From Podarcis tiliguerta (taxonomy: Eukaryota): 64,000 nt of DNA. Below the pieces are notes generated by a model, which worked only from the letters and a program-made list of their open reading frames with translations, was not told where the DNA came from and searched no databases. The DNA is taken from assembly GCA_965153285.1 (NCBI GenBank), contig OZ229111.1; one strand, 5' to 3'. This document shows positions 12,861 through 24,320 of this stretch, one piece after another (positions within the stretch are counted from its first letter, which is position 1; every line of letters starts with the position of its first letter). Position numbers and translations under genes: made by a program.

Positions 12861-13206
12861 TCTTCCTATATACGTAAGCACACAATCTATTAAGAGGAAA
12901 GATGTCATATTCTATGTGCAATGAATGTGCAAGTATTTTTTTTTTTAAATCCACAAATCACCTGAAGAAGGGATGGCCGATTTCTTATTATCTGGATTTT
13001 TTATTCTCTATTCTCCAATGGTCTAAGACCTGAAACTGTATTTTGTCACACCCCTTTGCTGATGTGGGCAGCTTGATAGCAAAACTGATGTCACATAGCA
13101 GTAAGGACACCACAATTATGGAACTGCTCAGTCATGCCTATGGCATCACAAACAAAACTGACATGGAAATGTTACACTGAAGTATGGAACTTCTCTTACA
13201 CATGCA

Positions 13207-13685
13207 CAGTGGTACCTTGGTTCTCAAACGCCTTGGTACTCAAACAACTTGGAACCCAAACACTGCAAACCCAGGAGTAAGTGTTCCGGTTTGCGAACTT
13301 TTTTCAGAAGCTGAATGCGCTCCGTTTTGAGTGTTATGCTTCTGATTTGAGTGCCATGCTTCCGTTTTGAGTGTTACGCTGAGGTCTGTTTGCTTTTGCT
13401 ATTTATTTTGTTTCTGCGGCTCTCTTTTTTTGTTTTTGTGACTGTGTGGAACCCAGTTCAGCTACTGATTGATTGTGAGAATGCAGTACATTGTTTACTG
13501 CTTTCATTTTATGGATCAATGGTCTCGTTAGATAACAAAATTCATGTTAAGTTGCTGTTTTAGGGGTTGTTTTTAAAAGTCTGGAACGGATTAATCCATT
13601 TTGCATTACTTTCTATGGGAAAGCGTGCCTTGGTTTTGGAACGGAATTCCAGAACAGATTAAGTTTGAGAGCCAAGGTACCACTA
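13207..13685. mobile_element. Tc1/mariner (pogo/Tigger-like) non-autonomous element
   Basis: TIR CAGTGGTACCTTGG...CCAAGGTACCACT. Confidence 0.75.
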
Positions 13686-16600
13686 TATTTCCCTTCCAGG
13701 TGAAGCTGCATACAAAACTTTTGCCACTCCTTGTTTGGGGGTGGGGGGCTTTCATCTCCATAAATACTTCAACTTACCTTGAACTCCATGGGGGATGGAC
13801 AATCAGGCTGCAAATGTGGTAAAATCAGAGATGGCTCTCCTGATGTTGTTGGACTCCACCTCAGATCAGCCCCAGCCAGAATGGCCAATGTTTTTGGATG
13901 GTGAGAGTTGTAGTCTGGAAGGCCATAGCTTAGCCAGCTCTGATTTTACCACATTTACAGCCGGATTATCCACCCCTGTAATAAGTAAATAAGAAAGACA
14001 AAACTTTGCACACCTCTGCTCAGACCACATTGAGAAAACTATGATGGCATCCAAAAATGCAGTTTCTGTTCTTGTTAAATAAAGCATACAATACAAATTG
14101 GGCACATAAACTCCACCATGTGCCTTAATTTATATACCATGCATTGTGGGATATATTTACATCACTGTGCAAATATATTTCAAACAATTAAGGGAATTTG
14201 AGACTCAGTTGGTTTGACTGATACAGAAAAATAGACCTCTATACTCCCATAGCTTTGAAATTAGTATTTAGACACAAATTTCCAGTAGACCATTGTCAAC
14301 TACTTCTCATGTGGTTTCAGTGTTTTCCACAAATCACTGTTAGTTTGGGAAGCAGAAAATGTCTATGAAGATAAGAGGAATACTGGAAAGTACTATTTGT
14401 GTTCCAAACTCATAGAAACACTATTGTGCACTCAGCATAACAAAATATCAGGTTCTGTTCCAGCATGCCAGATATGAGGAAGCCTATTAAGGATTGTTAG
14501 GAATAGAAGATTTTATATCAGAAAATGTTTAATGGATATAATTTATACTGATTTATTATTTATAGAGTAATTTGTTTCATTTCACCCTTTTTATGTGGAA
14601 AAGGCAGTGGCCTCAAGAATTATCTGTAGGAAAAATTAAATTAAGAAACAAAAAAAGAGAAAGAACGTGAGCTCCAAAGAAAACAGGACTGCAATACGTT
14701 GGCTTTTGAGTCCAATGAAAATTTTCGCTTGTTATATGAGTGAAATTCTGCAATATAACATGTTACCTAGACTGAATACTAAGGCTTTAATCTTGTCTGA
14801 ATGAGTGCAGTGCAAGTCTTCTAAGAACACTTGCCTATGTTAATCTTATGTTAATGTAACTTGATCCAATAAAATACATTATTTTGTTTTGCATCCTTTA
14901 CAGCAATTATGTGGGCTCTGAATATAAAGCAGCTTTCAATATTTTAGAGGTGCCACTTTAAGAATACTTTTTCAAGTTTCCATTTCGAAGTCTGCCAATT
15001 TGTTTACATTTTCAGTTTAGTCTAAATGTCCTTATCCAACTTACCAGTCTCCTCCCTCTCAATTCCAACAATGGGATTAGCAGTGATGTGATCAGAAGTC
15101 AGCGTTCTGTGCAGCCTAATGCTTTAATAAGCGTGTTCCTTTCTTCTTCAACAGCCTGTAGAAGCCCTTTTTGATATTTCCAGTACATCCACTTTCATAG
15201 CAAACTTAGGTTCAGCCAGGATACCTATGCTGTGAGGGAACAGGGAGTATGAAGGAAAGATGGCATCAATAATTCAAGATTCCCAATGGCATGGCCGAAC
15301 TTTTCAACCAATGATGGCAGCAGATGGTTAGCAGCGGCATTGGGAAAACTGAGACAACGGTCTTTGCCTGAGTAAAGACACAATAGCAAAACATGAAGCT
15401 CTGAAAGACACATGTATTACTTCCTGGGACTGAAGTGTAAATCAGTGTAACTACAATACAAGCTTGTAGATTGCAGATAAAGTGAAATCCTCAGAAAACA
15501 GGAGACAGAAGAAAGGAAGGCTAGAAAGCAAAAAATAAAAAATAAAAAAATCATGTGATCCATTACTATTGCAAACAAAGGCCATTCAAATGGATAAAAA
15601 GATCCAATCAGAGTGAATCCAGCTGGTAATTAATTAGCAAAAGAACCTGAAGCACTTGTGGAGGTACAAATTCAATCATTTTCTTTCTGTTCAGTCTGAT
15701 AGTGTCAAATCTACATATGAATTCCAAGCTAACAACATTAGTCTGGGGCATTGTTTGTTAAAGTTGTTAGTTGAAGTATAGGGACCTTAATGCATTTTTT
15801 TAAAATAGAGAAATGTTTTTGTTTCAGCTGTTACTGCTGTATTGGGCATTCCAGATTAGGGTGAGGGAAGCTTCAACAATTTTAACAGTAGGATAAAAAC
15901 AAATAATTTAGCAGCGCTATAAATACAACAAATTTATTATGGCATAAACTTTTATGGACACTAGACTATGGCATGGCAAACGTGCGAGTCCTTAAAGCTA
16001 CCATAAAGCTTTTTGCTGGTTTTGCTGCAAGAAATTAGCATGGCTTTCTCTCTGGAAATCAATAGGAAGATGTGAACACTGGTCCCCAAAATTAAAATAT
16101 TGTGTCCCTGCTAAATAGATGATAGTCTTACTCCCTAGGTAGGGGGGACTACAGGAGATATTACTCCCCTTGTTTATGCTTAAAGCAACAGTATAAAAAA
16201 ATGTTGTGCATTGTAGTCTTTCTGGCAGATTATACAATGGGAGCACTTGTATAATACAAATAGCTAACTGGCTGAGAAAATATTACAAAATAGATCAATT
16301 GCTTGCTGTGGAAGGAGGCCTTGCTGTTTCAGGCCCTACCAGGAAGCATGAGACTCCTCTCTCCTCATGCTTGCTTACTAAGGGGATCCTAAATCCTGCA
16401 CAGACTTTCAGAGTAACATTTTATTTATTCCGGTTTATGAACAGGACAGATAGCTAAATCCTGAGTGGAAAAGCAAATTCAAAACAAAACATTGCTCTTT
16501 CCCTCTTGGCCTTTCCATTTGAAGAACTGAAAACATTCAATAGAGTAGAAAGTTCTGTTCCTTGGGGCAAAGTTTTCTCCTCAAATAGGTATGTTTCTGT

Positions 16601-16989
16601 TTCTTTGTACTAGAATATTCCAGATGGTGGCACCTTTTTAGAGGTAACCATGCCATGCCTGTGTCCAGTAAGTAAAGTTCATAGGGCCAAGTTGTCAAGC
16701 CCATCAGCCTTTCTTAACATACATCCTACTTTGGTCTTTTTTTCAGGAGCTAGCTCCTTTCTCAAAGTAACTTGCCTACTTGCTAGGAGGAGGGAAAAGT
16801 GGTAAATAGGAAATAACCTTAGGCAGAGTTAACTTTTGTTTTTAAAAAAGGACAAACAGGATAGCCACCACCCCTCCCCAAAACCATCATTAGGGTCATT
16901 AAGATAAGGCTTCCATACGCAGGAACTACTTTACGCATGTTGGGTGGGGCCTCTATTTCTGCCCAACAAGGTTCCTTGGCCAACCCCCG

Positions 16990-18860
16990 CTTAGAGGGAA
17001 TCGTTAAAAGAGAAAGAAAAAAGCAAGATTGCCACTTGCATTTTACCTGCCGTCCCTTTCCAGTCAGGAGGTGGGATCACACAACGGGTAGCTGAGAAGA
17101 AACAGGTTAGTTCACCATCTCCTTTGTTTGTTTGTGTTTGTTTGTTTGTTTGTTTGCATGTCCCGCTATATTTAAAGCTAATTCGTCCGAAATAATAAGT
17201 CCCCCTTCCTTTTCCCGTAGGCCAAATTATTGATGTGGCCCGTCGGTATATATTTTTTCCAAATCCCATCCCTTTTCGATTTGAAGGGGTGTGTGGACTG
17301 TGACGGGACAGCTAGCACGTGAAAGTTGCAATTATGTACTCCATTACCTGGGAGTAGCAATCCCCATTGAACTCAGCTGGCCTTGGCTTCCTCTCCCCCA
17401 CCCGAGTCATCTTCATTTGGAACCGAATCAGGAAATACTACCTTGCACACCGTCTTACGCATTGGAAGTGGGGTTGGCGGCGGGTGTGCCTTAGTTAAAG
17501 ACATCGCCTTACAGCGATTTACAAGCACTAAAATTCGAAGTTGTGCAGGATCTGGCTGCGACAATCGCTGCTGTCCAGCAAGATTTGTCATCCGTGTTAA
17601 GACTGCTGGGCGCAGGAAGGGGCAGAAGAGGGAGACCCAAGGCGTCGCCTTTTAGCAAAGCGCCCCCTTGAAGAGGAGCTTCTCTATAGGGGAGACAGTG
17701 GGGAGTAGGCGAAGGGCTTTTTGTCCACTTCGTCCTACCAAGGAAAACACGCACAACACATAAAATCCTCCCCGGCATGTTGCGATTCTCCATCTTTTGA
17801 GGATCTCCTGAAAGAGCCATGCTTTATTATCGTTTTTATATGCGTTGGAAGCCGCTGGAAAAAACATAACCAGATGGGAGGGAGGGTAATAAAAATTAAA
17901 TAATAATAATAATTAATACAGCTAACAGAGCAGGAACTAGAACGGCTTTATGCCGCCGCCGTCATAGTAAGGGGTGGCTTTTAAGGTCACCGCTTTTCTA
18001 ACCCATTTGGAGGTGTGGGTTTCCCCATCTACGCTGGTTGTGGGGCTGTGTAGGAAAGCTGCTTAGCAAAATTTTGGGTTGTCCCCCCCCCCCTTATCGG
18101 GAGTTTCGCGCCTCGTACGCGCCGCCTTCAGATAAGATAAAAAGATTGGCTCCGCTTCGTTGCAAACCTTCCCTCTCGAGAGGCCTTCGGAGAGGCCTGG
18201 ACTCCACGTCCTATTTTATTCCTACCATTTTAAAATAAACAACCCAAAAAACCTAAACTAAAACACGAGTGCGGTTTGCGCATTAAAAAAAAACACCAGA
18301 CGATTTTAAACTGGGCCCAACCACGCACTGTTAAAAAAAAACTCCCCCCCCCACCATCCTAAAGCAAACGTGGCAGCATTGGCCACGGCGCCAGAATGGA
18401 GTCGGGCTTTTGCTTTCGTTTAGCGAGGCTCAATATCGGTAGATATGATGAACCCTCCACCGTTTTCTCACGGGGGGGGGGGGCGCAAGATTGCACACCT
18501 CGCTCCCAACCTCCATACAATTCAGTCGGAGGTCTGAAGGGGGAAGGGGGGTTTCCACAGCACCTTCTCGCTTTCTCCAGTCCAATGCCTGGGACCCACC
18601 TGTAAAAAGAGTGCGTGGACATAGGGGGGAAAAGAGGGGGGGGGGGTTGAGCAGCATCTCGCGCTTCCCTGCTAATAAGATCTGATAAGGGGTTTTCCAA
18701 AGAGGCCAACAGCTGTTGGAAGCTAGGTTTAACCTTGAAGCTCCTGGGATGACCCTGAGCCAGTCGCATCCCAGCAACCAAGGTTTCTCAGCTTCAGTGT
18801 TTGGACAGAAGTATGATAAAAGGAAATCCTGGAACCTTTGCAAAACCCGCGCAGCTCTAG
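16990..18860. promoter_or_regulatory. CpG-enriched region, probable MYO15B promoter/enhancer
   Basis: Visibly raised CpG density about 4-6 kb upstream of the first coding exon. Tandem AGATAAGATAA (18130-40), further WGATAA at 18683 and 18814, E2F-like TTTCGCGC (18104-11), inverted CCAAT (18145-49). Confidence 0.45.
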
Positions 18861-18961
18861 GACTTTTTCTAACAGGGACACACAGTAGGGTCCTGGGTGT
18901 GTAAGGGCAGGTTCAAGGCGCTGTGGTTTCTTTTTACAGATAAGGAAACTGAGGCTAGGAG

Positions 18962-19405
18962 CAGTGCTGGATTTACGTATAAGCTAAACAAGCTATAGCT
19001 TAGGGTCCCACTCTCTTGGGGGTACCCAAAAAATTTAAAGGGAAGAAAAACTGGAGGTACATTTCCAAAATATAAAATAAAACTTACATACAGCAACAGT
19101 GTTTTGTGTTGTGTAGGCTGCTATGATGTAAGTAATGGGCCCAGCCTGCTAGTCTGCTCCCTAAAATATCACTGGTTTGCTCATTTCTATATATATATAT
19201 AGGGTGCCTACATTCTGCATGGATTGGTTGCATGGCAACATGTGCAATTGGCTTTAGATACATATTAGGTCCATAAATTACCATATAGCATATATTCAAC
19301 ACAAAAAACAGCGACAATTTGTTGTTGGCAAAGGACAGCTGGACGTATAAAGGGCCCCATTACCTTCAGTAGCTTAGGACCTCATCAAACCTAAATCTGG
19401 CCCTG
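18962..19405. mobile_element. hAT-type non-autonomous DNA transposon inserted into a MIR-like core
   Basis: TIR CAGTGCTGGATTTA / TAAATCTGGCCCTG; TSD gctaggag/tctaggag; left flank tttacagataaggaaactgagg resembles the MIR core. Confidence 0.75.
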
Positions 19406-20115
19406 TCTAGGAGGAAAAGTTGACATTTCTAAAGCTACCCACCCTTGTTGGGGCAGAACCGACAGTGGTTAAGTATTTCTGTTGTTTTACTTGATCTGTT
19501 GTGGAGGCAGCTGCCCCCCCCCCCCTTGGCTAGGCCCATGCTACTCACTGAGTCTGTGATAATGCACTTTATTTATGCAGACACCCATATTGACAAAATC
19601 TGATAAAACATACCCAATGAATTTTCTAAAACTCCCCAGCCCTAGGCTAGATTTAAATGATGAGGGATACTTATCCAAATAAAACTTAACAGCTGTAAAA
19701 TCTGTTAAACATATAAAATGTTCTAAATTGACTTTTAAAAAATAACTTTTATTCAAAATTAAAACAAACATATTATCCAGAAACATATCATCCTTATTTC
19801 TCCCCCCCCCCCATTTTTCTCTGCCCCTCCTTCCTTACCTTAGGAGTGGGAAAGCGTTGTTTCTGTTACTTCTACCATCAAGATGCAGTGATAGAAAAGG
19901 AGGGGGGGAATCCACACCATTAGTTTAATGCACATCTAATGCACATTCAAAACACATGACTTCCCCCTTCTGTTGAATTTATGCTTGCTGTACAGTTAAA
20001 GGCACAGGGGCCTCATGGCTCAGAATGGATTTACTTCTCAGGTTCAGGCATCCATTAGGGGTGGCATCATCACCAGATTCCCAGCTTTCATTTAAAAGAA
20101 AAAAGAAAGCAGTAT

Positions 20116-20262
20116 CTTTGGTGGCTCAGTCAGTAGAGCATGAGACTCTTACGCTCAGGGTTGTGGGTTCGAGTCCCATGTTGGGCAAAAGATTCCTGCA
20201 TTGCAGTGGGTTGGACTAGATGACCCTTGTGGTCCCTTCCAACTCCACAATCCTATGATTCT
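20116..20262 (+). mobile_element. tRNA-Lys(CTT)-derived SINE with CR1-like 3' tail
   Basis: gctcagtcagtagagcatgagactctta...gggttcgagtcccatgttgggc followed by ggactagatgacc...ggtcccttccaactc...ctatgattct. Confidence 0.8.
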
Positions 20263-20318
20263 AGCATCCGTAGGACGTGAGACAACTGACAAAATGTTCA
20301 GGCACTATTCCTCCCATA

Positions 20319-20510
20319 CAGTGGTACTTCAGGTTAAGAACCTAATTCGTTCTGGAGGTCTGTTCTTAACCTGAGGTACCAGTTTAGCTAATGGGGCCCG
20401 CCGCCGCGCGATTTTTGTTCTCATCCTGAGTCAAAGTTCTTAACCTGAGGTACTATTTCTGGGTTAGCGGAGTCTGTAACCTGAAGCGTCTGTAACCCGA
20501 GATACCAATG
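20319..20510. mobile_element. Tc1/mariner-type MITE (family shared with 29224, 35770, 38613)
   Basis: TA + CAGTGGTAC TIR; shared internal sequence. Confidence 0.78.
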
Positions 20511-21999
20511 TTTTTGTGTGTGAGAAACCTGCCTGCTCCCCCACCTACCCCCACAAAAAATCCTGGAGCTATCCACAACTTTAGGGTAACAATACTACTA
20601 TTTAAAAAGAAAGTAGGTTCTAGTCACTTGTTCTTCAAAGGAAACCTGAGGTGGGATGATAAAATATTCATGTCCAGGGAAAGAAAACCAAACCAATTAA
20701 GCAACACAGGTTGGAAAAAGTCCTCCTTTAAATATTTCACTCGCTCTTTGTTGCCTAATTGTCAGCTGCTCTGTAAGGTTCAAGGGAGTAATCCTGTGGT
20801 AATGAGAGCCATGTCTCTCCTTCTCTCTGTCTCTCTCTCTCTCCCTCCCACCCACACAACATAGCCAAGGTCATGGGGCCGGCCATCTCAGCTGAAGTGT
20901 TGTTTTGCCTGCCGGTTAGGAGCTCATGTTGCACATTAAACTGCGATGCTCTGCTACTAGAGGAGTCATTTGCCTACAACACTTCTTCACTGATGTAATT
21001 AGAAGACAGCGCAGCGCAGCTGTTGGAGTGGCTCGGTTGGGCTCTCTTCCGCCTCAAGAACATCCGCGCAAATAGTGTGAAAGGGGGATGGCACAGTGTC
21101 ATAGGTAAATGCGCCCACTTCATAGGACAAGATTGCAGGAAATGGAAACGGGGATTGCGGTGGGTGGGGAGCGCACAGGAACTGCTTAAGTGCCTGAGAG
21201 CTTAGTCCTGAGAAGCAGAGCCAACTGAATTACTCCCAAACGGATAGGATTACGACTGCCATGGCCACATCTAACAAAAGCACAATGCAAAGGTATCAAA
21301 TCAGATCCTCTTCAGCCTGGGGCCTAATGTAACCTGGCACACAGACAAGGGGATGCGACAAGCAGCGGAGATATTTAATGCTTATTCTAGCACTAAACGC
21401 TGCAGCTTCCCATGGCTATGTGGGAGGACATCTTATCCAAAAGGAGTTTGGAAAACTTGCAATGGCCTCTTAATTGAGTTCTTTTTGGCGGGGGGGGGGG
21501 CCTTACCTAGTGACTGTAAACAGAAGTGGTGCATACCCGTTATTTTACGATGCTCTCTTCTGTTATGAAAGCTGTTGGCACCAGATAAAATTATGCATTC
21601 AGAAACAGTATTGCTACTGTAAACACACATTGGGCGGTGGAGGCTGGTCACTGTGGCGGAGCCTTCCCTCCTGAGAAGAATGTTAAAAAAAAAAAAAATC
21701 CCTCCCCAGCTTTCCTGTCTCAGACACATTTTGTACTTTCATTTTCACTCAGAGAAGCTCTTCAAACATTGTTAACTTTTTACGGATAATTTTATTCTTT
21801 CTCTTTTTGTAAACTGCTTTGATTTCTCTCTCCTCCCCCCCCCCCCTCATGGTGTATAAATTGAAAAATAAATAAATAAAGGTAATTAGTTCTCTGGCTA
21901 ATTAGGTCTCTGCAGCACTCAGCCACTGCTAATCCAAAAGTGTAGCTATGTTTTTAAAAAGTCCCCACGTACCACGTAACTGATATTGGAATTAAAGGT

Positions 22000-22499
22000 A
22001 AACTGATTTTATTTAAATCAAATTGATTTAAATGACTAGACAGTAAGGCTTGATTAAATCATTTTTTTATAGAAAGACTCATTCTTGCTGGTATAATATT
22101 AATATTAACAAGAGATGAAGGCTTCATTTTTTTTACAGTTATATGAACAATTACTTATTTGGTTATACTGTACTATTAGAAATACAAAGACAGGTAATTA
22201 TGAAATTGCTTATATTTTGACTCTTCAGCTATACTTTACTAAAACAATAACATAGCATATGTATCCATGTTTGTTAACTGATGTGGTTAAATGTTTTTTT
22301 TTAAAAAAAAACAACCAGACTGAGTTGAAGTTTAATATGAAAAACTTAAAACAAATCCTTATTTCCTGATGAATAGCCTTTGGACTATAATGTAACTTAA
22401 ATGGAAAACTATCTTTAGAAAGGTGTTTCCTCCAAAAGCATTTTTTTTAAAAAAAAATCTGATTTATTTATTTTAAATCATTAATTTCTATCCACCCTG
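22000..22499. mobile_element. Degraded AT-rich DNA transposon remnant (hAT-like)
   Basis: Ends in ...ttctatccaccctg with repeated gattt/aaatc subterminal motifs; left end not clear. Confidence 0.35.
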
Positions 22500-22912
22500 C
22501 TCAGAACGGTTTTCTTGAAAGCCACACCTCAAAACACATTCTTCATAGCTATCTAGGAAGAATGTGTGTGGTTACTAATTTGAGCATCTTGTTTTCAAAT
22601 TAATATTTGTTGAGAGCAATGGTGGACAGTGTGTGTCTTTGTAATATCTATTTTCCACTTATTTTTGTGAATGGGTAAGAGGATTGGAAGGAGAAATGGT
22701 GGGTGTCTTCTGTGTGTGTTTTGCAACTTTCAACACTTGTGTGTTACTGGAACTGTAGGATTTGTGATAAGTATGGAGGTTTTGCATTCCTGTAAGTCAA
22801 TTATTGGTTTAGTTAGGTCCTAAGTATTTGTACAACTACAATGCGTAAGTATCCACAGAATCTTTGCAAAGGCAAGATGGGGAGAAAACCAGAACAACTG
22901 GTCATGCCCCTG

Positions 22913-23257
22913 TGACCTCACTGGCCACACCTCCATGACTCCAGCCACCACTAACACTCAGTAGTCAAGACTTGCCAGCTGCAGCTTTGGCAAGTGGTCA
23001 GGTCACATAAATAGTACACCGTGGGTTTGTGAACAGTTGTGAGCAACTGTCCAAGTTACTGACATCAGAGTGCTTATGACATCGGGAAGCCTGATCCCTC
23101 TTGTCCCAACTGCTATTGCTGTGATGGCTTAGGCCAAGAAGCTTGTTTGAGACTGGTGAGATCTAGAATGCGTGTGGTTGCCTGGCAACGCTACAGCTAT
23201 TCCTTGCAGGTCAATTCGAGACTCCATTTTATCACCCCCTTATTAAATTGCACGTCA
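22913..23257 (+). promoter_or_regulatory. Candidate promoter, 5' UTR exon and first intron of the 285-aa ORF
   Basis: TGACCTCA 22913, CATAAATA 23006, TGACATCA 23060, TGACATCG 23077, donor CTG|gtgaga 23156, X-box GTTGCCTGGCAAC 23177-89, CACGTCA 23251. Confidence 0.45.
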
Positions 23258-23315
23258 GAAAGTTCTTTCACTTATTTTTCCCCCCGTCTCGCTCTTTGAA
23301 ATCACAGATCCTTGC

Positions 23316-24173
23316 ATGGAAACGAGAGCCATTCCAGGGAAGGAAGCCGTGTGCCCAAGTGATGTAGGAGGGCCCAAATCCAGCCGGGAGAAGTTTCTTC
23401 AAGCGTGGTATGAAAAACGGAAGCCCCAGACACACCCCACCGTGTCGTCTCAAGTGTCAGGGTGTGGGTCACCAGCTTGTGCTCCAAGCCAGGAGAATTG
23501 GACAAGGGACACATCCTTGTCACGTGCCTTTTTCTACCTGATGGTGGTGCCTCCCCCTCAGGCGCAATTGTACGCAAGTAGCCGGATGACGGCACAGTGC
23601 CCCCGCCAAAGAGACTTGCATCATGTGGCCCAAGAGCTGGAGCCGGAAGCAAATCCCAAAGAGGAATTCCTGCAGATCTGCGCTTCAGATTTGCTGCTCA
23701 AGTCTGCAGAGAGGAAGAGGCCACGGCTGCTGCCGCCAAACCGTAAGATGCACGTGGAGGTGTTGAAGAGGCAGGACTCGCCCCCACTGCAAGAGTGCCA
23801 AAGAAGTCCTGTCCCCCTGGAGTACAGCCATCTGATCGATGCCATAGAGATGACTAATCTGGCAGACCTTCCCGAGATAGAATCCTTCTATCGAAGTTTC
23901 ATTCTCGGGCAGAAACGGAAAGGATATTCCAGGAGGGATGGGCAGCTTCGCCTACAGGCAGAGTATCGGCTACCTCCCAGGGCCACAGAACCACCTTCCT
24001 GCCAACAGGGTGCCAGGAGAACCGCCAGGATGAGATGCACACAAAACCGGAAGCTGAGCCTGAAGAGGAGCGCTCCTCTGTCTGAGCTCACAGTGGCGAC
24101 CAAACGGTCTGTGGACTCTTCTCAAAACGGCCACCTTCCGCCAAAGAAAAGATATACCCAAGGCTTCTTCTAG
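23316..24173 (+). CDS. Uncharacterised 285-aa basic protein, single coding exon, C-terminal HLPPKKRY
   Basis: Longest ORF in the window not explained by MYO15B, LLGL2 or repeats. GC/CpG-rich against AT-rich flanks; polypyrimidine tract plus cag acceptor at 23305-07, 8 nt before the ATG (gcATGG); AATAAA at 24315. Confidence 0.7.
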   Translation: METRAIPGKEAVCPSDVGGPKSSREKFLQAWYEKRKPQTHPTVSSQVSGCGSPACAPSQENWTRDTSLSRAFFYLMVVPPPQAQLYASSRMTAQCPRQRDLHHVAQELEPEANPKEEFLQICASDLLLKSAERKRPRLLPPNRKMHVEVLKRQDSPPLQECQRSPVPLEYSHLIDAIEMTNLADLPEIESFYRSFILGQKRKGYSRRDGQLRLQAEYRLPPRATEPPSCQQGARRTARMRCTQNRKLSLKRSAPLSELTVATKRSVDSSQNGHLPPKKRYTQGFF

Positions 24174-24314
24174 GGACACATGCTGCAATATTGGCAGTGT
24201 ACTAGGAGCAGTCGGTACACAGGGTTTTTAAATTGGGGAGGATTTTCCTTCTCCTTTTATATATATATGTATATATATTTATATATTTTAGCATAGTCCC
24301 TAACTGAGGTATTT

Positions 24315-24320
24315 AATAAA
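24315..24320 (+). terminator. Polyadenylation signal of the 285-aa ORF gene
   Basis: AATAAA about 140 nt after the stop, followed by T/GT-rich sequence and a second AATAAA. Confidence 0.55.

Noticed and set aside
12861-12908. Upstream ATG of the 901-aa ORF (MTSFLLID...)
   Set aside because: It lies upstream of a good splice acceptor at 12866-67, so it is probably intronic; the ATG at 12860 is preferred.
10532-12924. Several plus-strand ORFs (up to 164 aa) overlapping the giant MYO15B exon
   Set aside because: Antisense shadows of a purine-rich coding exon (S/L/F-rich), with no independent gene signals.
20116-20187. Functional tRNA-Lys gene
   Set aside because: The 5' acceptor stem is missing, the anticodon arm is mismatched, and it runs into a CR1-like tail, so it is a SINE.
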